64,000 nucleotides of DNA from the human T2T-CHM13v2.0 reference genome, Homo sapiens. The stretch lies in assembly GCF_009914755.1 (NCBI RefSeq), contig NC_060931.1. The stretch is one strand, 5' to 3'. The first letter of the stretch is position 1, and the number at the start of each line of letters is the position of its first letter. Both the position numbers and the translations under genes were made by a program. Positions 48,701 to 64,000 of the stretch are shown here, in pieces. The notes beneath the pieces are model-generated. The model searched no databases and had not been told where the DNA came from. It saw only the letters and a program-made list of their open reading frames with translations.

Positions 48701-49629
48701 GTGAGGCGGCCCCTCCCCCTGCTGTGAGTGACACTGGCCTGCACTCTTCTAATCTCAAGGCTCCAACGAGGCTATTTAACGTGGTTCAGGTCAGCAAGTG
48801 CTTTGTGTGACCCACTTGATACTGAAGGATAAGGAGGTGCTTAGAATGCCCTTTCCGTGCTCAAGGAACTGAATGCCTCCTTGGAGGAGGAAAGTGTGCA
48901 CCTGTGAAAAACCAGAGAACATCAGCAAATCCTGGACACAGAGACCAGAGTGGGGAAGGAAGCAGTGCTCTGGGAAGTCAGACTTAAAGCCTGCTGTTTC
49001 CGCACGATGGGGCATATCATGGAGTGTGTTTCCCAGAGTCCTTCAAAGGGAAAAGGACATGGGGATGCGTGGGAAACAGCCCGCATCTTCCATTTTTCTG
49101 TTCTGTGCAACAAGACGATGTCCTGCTTGTGGCCCTGGTTTGTCATTTTATTAACCATTACCTTGTACACAGAGATAATTTGCATCCTGTAGACAGGATG
49201 AAGTTTGCACATTTCTGATGAGAACTCTGGCCACACTACCAGCTCAGCCCGTTTCCGTGTCATTCAGGAGTTGGCTCCAACCACCTGTCTACTTGGAGCA
49301 CCTTCCCAGGCAGCTTACAGTCGGGCATCAGGACACAGTCGCAAAATACGCAAACTAATGGCATCCGAAGGCAGGAGATGGCTGGGACAAACGGAGAGGT
49401 TATAAAACTGTGGGACTGAGAGGGAAAGGGAGAAGATGGAAAAACCTCAGGGAAGATCAGCTTCATTTCATAACCTAATGTAGCCAAGTTACATAAGGAA
49501 ATGTTTCCTAACTACTGGTAGGCAAATATTAAACATAAACACAATAAAGATAAAAATTTAAAAGCCAAAATAAAAACTACAGAAATGTAACCAGAAAAAC
49601 ACAAATCATAACCAATAGGGGAGGAGAGA

Positions 49630-52995
<3,366 letters not shown>

Positions 52996-53000
52996 CCTAA

Positions 53001-53305
<305 letters not shown>

Positions 53306-55820
53306 AATAGAGAAGTTTTTAAAATCTTTGAAATTGCCTTCTCTGGCTGCCTTTCATGATGGATCCCAGGAAGGGACAGAGGGGAAGTGACACAGCCTTC
53401 ACACTCCCCAGTCAGAACGTCCGACCTGGGTGTGTGCAAGGGACACAGGCCTCAACAAGCTGTGAGGGAGCAGACACCAGGAACTGACTTAGACCAGAGG
53501 CAGCAACATCTGAGATATGGGAGGATGGGGATCTAGTGGTGGGGAAAGAAAAAAGGGGGCGGAATTCAGGCCAAGGGAATTGTGGAATACTGCCAAATGT
53601 GTGATGAGAAGCTTTAGTATTTGCCTGCTGGGCATTAAAATACCATGAATCATTGACAAGAAACCAAACAATGCTGGATCTATATAACAATTTGAACCTA
53701 TATTGCTCCAAGTAAAATCAAATTAGAAGCCTTTCCCCAATTAGGTTATGCAAACGCTGACACAGAATAGAGTTGTGTTTGCTGTACACATGACGCAACA
53801 TCCACCTTACACCTCGCACAGCGCAGATACTCTCAAGCACACCCATCTCGACACCGGGGTTGTGTCAACATTCTACCCCTAGATAATAAATACGAGACAC
53901 AGCACACACTGCTTTTAATTGCATCGATAAACTGGGATTAACCCCCCAAGTCAGGTTTCACTATTGCAATTAAATGTCCTCAAATAAATTGTTTCCTCAA
54001 TAAACAAATGGAAGGGGCTGTGTTTGCCCTGAATAATAACAGGTGTAATATTTTACTCGCTAAAGTTAAGTATTAAGTGGAATCACTTGCTAGTCCTGAT
54101 TTATTCCCTGAGATCGGAAAGTCATTTTTCATACGTCATGTGCTGCTTCAGTACTGTATAAACAGCTAATAATGCACTAAATCAACCTGGCACGACCTTG
54201 CATTTCACCTAAAGCCACCAAGCTTCAAAATCCTACAGTTGGGTGTTCTCACGAGAGCCAAAGAAAACAGATGTCCTGCAAAAATCGCTGGCTGACTGCT
54301 TTTTGGGTTTTTGTCTTTAGCTTCTAAAATTCAAAATGTAAGCATTCCATAAAAACCTCGTGAGTCGTTGAACAAGCCAGTAGCTCTTTATGGACCGTGT
54401 TCTCACTGGTCTTCTGGTTGCTGCAGACGAGGCCGGCAGGCTCAGCCTACGGGAAGGCCACAGTGGGAGGACTTCCCCTGCGCCTGGGCTGAGTCCCCAC
54501 CTTCCACGACCCTGTCCCCTTCATCGGTGAAACAGCACAAGACATTCCTAGAGTGACATTTCTCCCTTAATCACAGAAATGCTTGCCTCATTTTTGATGT
54601 GTTTGTGGACGTTGCATGGTTTTCAGGGCTTTTGATGTACATAGGTAAAGTCAGTATATCAATGCTGCCCTTTATTTTTAAGAGGACAGGGAAGGGAAAA
54701 GACAGTGAAGTGTCCTTGGAGGTTGGGGGTGAACATTATATTGGTTCTCAAATAACTAGGACCTATTCTTTTTCAATAGCATAGAATAACATTCTTGTTC
54801 TAGAATAGTCTACAGGGTGTAGGCCAGCGTTTTCTAAATGGTGAGTGGTGATTTGCTAAGCTATTAATATTTAATATAAACTATTAAAATTAACTCATTA
54901 CTAGTTCATTTTATTTGGTCTTTTCAAATTCGTGGGTTTTTTCCCCTCTGGTTTCTTAGCCAGATACTTAGTAATGAGAATTTGTAACCTATGTGTTTTG
55001 ATGTTCATTATAAATCGTTTTTTTTTTAAATAGAGATGAGATCTTGCTATGTTGTCCAGGCTTGTCTCAAACTCCTGAGCTCAAATGATCCTCTCGCCTC
55101 TACCTCCTAAAGTGCTGGGATTACAGGCATGAACCACCACACCTGGCCATAATTGTTTCTTAATTTGTCTGTATATGATCTTTCTAGAATTCATTTGGTT
55201 GCTGCTTAAACTTTGCACCATGAAAGACCCCCTTTTTTTCCCCTAATAACCTTATACTTGCATACCAAGCTGTATTTAAAATAATGCATTGCTTTAAAAC
55301 AATTAATTAAATCTATATTGAGCATCTTGTCCACATGAGAGGGAGAACACACATCCTGCACTGAGGCAAGCTAACTCCATTTCCAACCAGAGATTCCGAA
55401 GACTAGCTAAGGCCACCTCTTGAAGAGAGAGCGCAGGATTTCAATTAAGCTTTTATAAATAACATATGGGAATTACCTGGAAGACACTGCCCTCCCCTTC
55501 CCCATGGCTACCTTCCTAGGTGCCTAGAGACCTGGACACCCTAGGTTGGGATTTATTGATTTAGTTAAGGAGCAATTTAGGAAACCTTTTATTAACATAC
55601 TCTCGTCATCAGCATCACTGTCACCTTTCCATCATTCTGAGTGATCACCACTCTACACTTATTGTTTGTTAGTGAATCTTTCATACTTAGATCACCTAAG
55701 GGGAAATGCTTGCTGGGCTCCTCCACAGACAGAAAATATGCAGAGGAATCATGGCACAACTTACATACATCAAAACAGCGCTCCTTTTAATTGATGGCCT
55801 ATAGCTTAAGAGAGAGAGTT

Positions 55821-56167
<347 letters not shown>

Positions 56168-56390
56168 TTAGATGATAAAGGGCATCAGATGCAGAAGATA
56201 AAATGTTTAACACATAGGACCTCATTCAGACCATGAATATAGAGCTATAGGTAGTTGTAAGCTCCTAGGAATATTTGATGGGAAATATATTGATAATACA
56301 ATTATTCTTTTGAAAGGGACTGTAATGATGGCGAATTTCATTTAATAAATTAATAAGAACCATTTGATTCAAACATGAGCCTTTTAATGA

Positions 56391-57414
<1,024 letters not shown>

Positions 57415-57589
57415 TAAAATTTTAGGACTCCGTTGCAAAATAGAAATATAAATGACCAAATCTGTGTTAAAGAGTCTCAGAACAGGATCTTAGAAGTTAG
57501 TGATGTGTGCGAAGAAGGTGAGAACACGCATGTCTGTGTTTCCTATACAGCCTGGGCGTTGTGTCATTGCTGTGGGGAGAAGTGCAGCT

Positions 57590-58430
<841 letters not shown>

Positions 58431-60649
58431 GCCTGGTAAAGTGATCACACGCAGTCTGCGCCTGACTTGCTGGTTTCTTTCAGGGCTGCTCAGGGTGAAG
58501 TGAGAATCACCTGGGGCTCAGGCGGGGCTTGGGAGGCACAGGTGCCCTGGGCGGGGCGGTCTGCAGGGCTCTGCTCTCTGGAGGTCTAGCCACGTGTTCC
58601 TTGGCTTTTGGCTGCCGGAGTCCAGGGCTCGGCCCCTCCCATTCATTCTCCTGGGGGTCTCTGTGGTGAGCCTGCATCTCGGGCTGCTGACTGCTGAGAT
58701 CCTGGAGGGAGGCATCTCCTGACGCTGCCCCCGGTCACTGCTTTCACCCTTTCCAACGCAGGCTTTTACTAACCACAGAAAGTCACAGGAAGCAGAGCAG
58801 GACCTGGCATTCCCTCAGAGGGAAGCGCTTGGAGGGGTGACTCGCCCAGAGCCACAGAGCTGGGGCAGCAGAGCCAGGATGAGGGCTCAAGTGTGTTTGA
58901 CTGCAAAGCCAAGGTCCACAGCACGAGTCTGAGTCTCCTGCACAAGGAGGGCCCAGCCCCGAGAGAACAGGGCGCCTCAGCCCCAGCCCAACGACAACGG
59001 CCAACATCGACTGGCAGCTTACAGCAACCCAACACTGTTTGAAACACATGGCAGTGTCTTGTCTCGTCGGCTGCACAGTCGGCATTATTATCATCACCCC
59101 TGCTTCTCAGATGCACAAACAGAAGAGGAACTTGCCCAGGGCAGCAGAGTGTGTGGTGGCAAAGCCCAGGCTCACAGCCTGGGAGTCAGGGACCTCACTC
59201 TGCCGGGTGTCTGGAGTGTGACCCCAGCCAGGCGGCAGCTCCGTCATAGGCTGAGAAATGACAATGTGGGTGGCAGGCAAGGCCTCAGTGCTCAGCGCCC
59301 ACAGGTGTCCGGGGGTGCTGACTGGGGCCGCAGGACCTGTGCCAGGCCCCACTGTCCAGGGCGGGGCTTCCTGTGGCCTCTCAGTCACACCTTGCTGTGC
59401 TCCAGGCCTGGCCAGGGCTGAGCCTTCAGCCTAACACCCTCCCCATGGATTAACCAAACACTAGGACCTCATTAAGGAGGCCCTGGGTACATCCCAAAGC
59501 CCCTTTCTGTCCATCTGCACGGGAATTCTCACCCCCTCCTCTGTCCTTGTGGATTCTAGATGAGGACAGCAGGTTTCCCTGTGGAAAGCCGCGGCCATCG
59601 CGATGAGGGCCTGAAAGAGCAGAGCCTGGGCTTGCAGGGCCATGGTGATAGAGATCCCTCGGTGGGACCTGGGCCCAGGACGTGGGGTGGGAGGCAGGAG
59701 TGAGCTGGCTGTGGAGATCAGGAGAGAAGCAGGGATGCTGAGAGCCCCAGGGCGGAGGAGAAATCAGAAGAGGAACTAGGACTTGGGGAGCACTGTCAAG
59801 GGGGGCAGGAGCTGGGGCCAGTTTTGTTGGGGGCCGGATTACTTTTCCCCTACCACTCCCAAATCCCTGCCCATCTACAATAGTCAGGCGGTGCTAGGCT
59901 CTGAAACAACTGTGGAGCAAATTGGAACATTTCCAGGGTGCTGGACAGACACCCAGGGCTTTGGGCTGACTCGGCCTCAGCCTGTGCAATAGGGGCACCT
60001 GTGGGTCCCTCTAAGAGTGGCGGGGCTGTGTCTGCTCTGCGACAGCTGGAGGACAGCATGGGGTAGTGCTGGTGTGGCCAGGCGAGGGGACAGCGCTAGG
60101 ACCTCACAGGTGTAGGTGACACTGCCATCTCCGTCTTTCCAACTACTAGACAATGTTTCGTTAAGAACATTAATTTCCCAAGAGGTTTCTCTGTATTACT
60201 CTAATTGTTTTCTCCTTGACTAATTTTGTAAATTGCAATTTTACAAAACAAAAAACAAAAAAACCCCACAAATATTTCTAAATGAGAAGAGTCTCAGTGG
60301 GAATACAGCTTTCAGGAAGGTTTGTAATCTTTACATCTGGGTTATATAGTACCCTCCTATTGACACTACTTTTTGATTAATATTGTGTATAACATTCCTT
60401 AATGCATCTGCAGAATTAATTATGCAGAAACATTCAGGCACACAGACATTATATTGATGAAATAACGTTTTATTGACAAAATGACAGTTTAATACTGAGC
60501 TTTCCTGAAGCTATATATCTAATCGATTGCCTTGGTTCTGATAGCGAGGTAAATCTGTCCTGTCTACAGTGTACTCTCGGCAGATCAATCTGGGGCATGT
60601 GAGCCATGTACAGTATATTTCTGTACAGAATTCTGATTTTTAAATATTT

Positions 60650-62040
<1,391 letters not shown>

Positions 62041-62049
62041 GCCACTGGT

Positions 62050-63238
62050 AATCTTCCATACTCTTTTGGATCCACTCCATACAGTCTACCCCACCCCTTC
62101 CCTGAAATTCCTCTCATTATGATCTTAGAGACCGCTGTTTTGCTAAATCCAGTGGCCAGTTCTCAGTGTCAATATTACCAAAGCTCTTTGCAGCAGTTGA
62201 CATAGTGGATGACTTCTTCTTTCTGGAGGTGCTCTCTTTATTTGGGATCCGGGGTATCCCCTTTTCAGGCTTTTTCTATTTTTCACTCACTGCTCCTTTG
62301 CAGCCCTCTTTTCTGGCTCCTCCCCATTTTCCCAAGCTTTGAGCTTTGGAATGTGCCCAGTCTCCATCCTTGAACCTCTTTGCTTCCTTGTGTCAAGTCT
62401 CTCCTGGGGGCCTTCACCGAGTCTCATGGCTTCGGATGTCTTCTACTTAGTGATAACTCCCAACTTTATATCTCCACCCTGGATTTCTCCTTTGGGTTTC
62501 TGACTCATGTGTCCAACTGACACTGACCTCTCCAGGTAGGTACCCTGTGGGCATTTCAAACTCAGAACATCCAAGAACAAGACTTTAGCCTCTTCTCTCA
62601 TCAAGACGCACCTTTTCTCTTCCTCAGGAAATGGCAATTCCATCCTTCCCATCACTCAGGCTCAAACCTTGGGGTTACTCTTCACACCTCCCCTTCTCGC
62701 CTGCTCTTACCCAACCTGTCTGAGGATTATCTCAGCTCTGTCTTCCCACTAGATCTGGAATCCAGCAATACAGCAGCAACAGCACTCATCTCCCTGGTCC
62801 AATCCCCTCCTTCCTTACTGGAGTAGAGCAAAGCCTCCTGCCAAGCCCTCCTGCCCTCCTCATCCCCACGCAGCCTCTGATCCAGGACATGGAGAGGCAG
62901 TCACAGACCTTCCTGCTCAAAGCAGTCCAGGGGGCAGAAGCCAGAGCCCCACAGAGGACACTCTTGGGGTCTTGCTATGCTGCCCAGCTGGTCTTGAACT
63001 CCTGGCCTTAAGCGACTCTCTCAAAGCGCTGGGATTACAGGCATGAGCCACCACACCCAGTCTTCTTTGTCTTATTTCTTGTCCACTCCTTACAGTGTGT
63101 GCTCCATGAGACCAAGAATCAGATCTGTGTTGTTCTCTGCTGTTGTCCTCGGCATCTGGAAGAGTGTCTGGGGCATGGTAAAGGCTAAAAAGAAAAAGTT
63201 AAATAAATGCATAAATGTTTTCATTTGCATAAATGAAT
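62050..63238. mobile_element. L2 (LINE-2) fragments with a partial Alu at about 62966-63060
   Basis: GCAGTTGACATAGTGGATGAC, GGCATTTCAAACTCAGAACATCC, GGCAATTCCATCCTTCC...CTCAGGC, and an (AATG)n-like end. Confidence 0.7.
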
Positions 63239-63755
63239 GTGTTAGCAGAATAATGACCCTCTTTCCCCCGTCCCAAGGTATCCACATCCAAATCCCCGGG
63301 ACCCACGAATATGTTAGGTTACATGGCAAAGGGTATTTAGGATGGAATTGAAAGTGCTGCTTGGTTCACCTTCAAATAGGGAGGGAGGGTGTCCTGCATT
63401 ATCAAGGTGGGCCCAGTAAAATTACAGGGTCCAGACAGGGGAAGAGGGAGGCAGGAGAAAGGGGAGGGAGCCTGGGGAGGGGAGAGGGGAGAGGGCAGAG
63501 GGAGGCAGCTCGGTTGTCTTTGACCGTGGAGGACAGGATGAGAGACACGGTATGTGGGCACCTCTCAAGCTGTGGAAGGCAGGAAGCGGGTCCTCCCCAC
63601 AGTCCCTGAAAGACCACAGCCCATGATGCGCTGATGTAACCCTGGGAGACCATGCAGGGCTTCTAACCTGCAGAGCTGGAAGAGAAGACATTAATGATAT
63701 TTAAGCCACTGCGTTTGTGGCGATCTGTGGCAGTAGCCATGGGGCATCGATGCAG
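63239..63755 (+). mobile_element. MLT1 (MaLR) LTR
   Basis: TGTTAGCAGAATAATG...GAATATGTTAGGTTACATGGCAAAGGG...TTTAAGCCACTGCGTTTGTGG. Confidence 0.8.
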
Positions 63756-64000
63756 GGACAACGGTAGTGAGTCCTTAATTCAGCAATTTCTGTGCGGTGT
63801 CACAGGCTTCCACTGCAAACCTAGCTTCCACCGCAGACCTAGCTTCCACCCTAGAAGCGTGTGGCTGGTCAATGGAACACGTTAACGGGTCCCTTTCTAT
63901 GCACCCAGACGTCTGTGGATTATTTTTTAAAGGATATGCAAATTATGACTATAAAATAAAAAGATGTGGCCAGGTACAGTAGCTCACGCCTGTAATCCCA

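Overview
Human genomic DNA from the MNX1 (HLXB9/HB9) homeobox locus (7q36.3; by recall it starts just distal to NOM1, which is not itself visible). The only supported protein-coding gene is MNX1 on the minus strand. Its exons are 36091-35395, 32374-32214 and 31608-31255, all with GT-AG splice sites, giving 403 aa with a 16-Ala tract. An alternative first coding exon at 34787-34733 gives a 189-aa isoform. The divergent lncRNA MNX1-AS1 (two exons, + strand) and probably MNX1-AS2 flank or overlap the gene. The core 25-48 kb is CpG-island rich and transposon poor, with AT-rich homeodomain-motif cores. These include the 125-bp and 313-bp conserved Hb9 enhancers and a motor-neuron-enhancer-like block with a perfect Isl1-Lhx3 element. 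The flanks are Alu/L1/Tigger/L2/MIR/MLT mosaics with a 2.2-kb minisatellite. The most unusual observations are: (1) a 139-bp inverted copy of a motif-rich segment from 4.3 kb away, embedded in an Alu tail; (2) a strong-Kozak 43-aa ORF spanning the MNX1-AS1 splice junction; (3) a strong-Kozak uORF in the MNX1 5'UTR; (4) a SOX/PBX-HOX/CDX motif cluster in an orphan CpG island 3' of the gene; (5) a fused head-to-head Alu hairpin. Most other ORFs in the track are GC-, Alu- or repeat-derived noise. Repeat subfamily names are by eye, not RepeatMasker.
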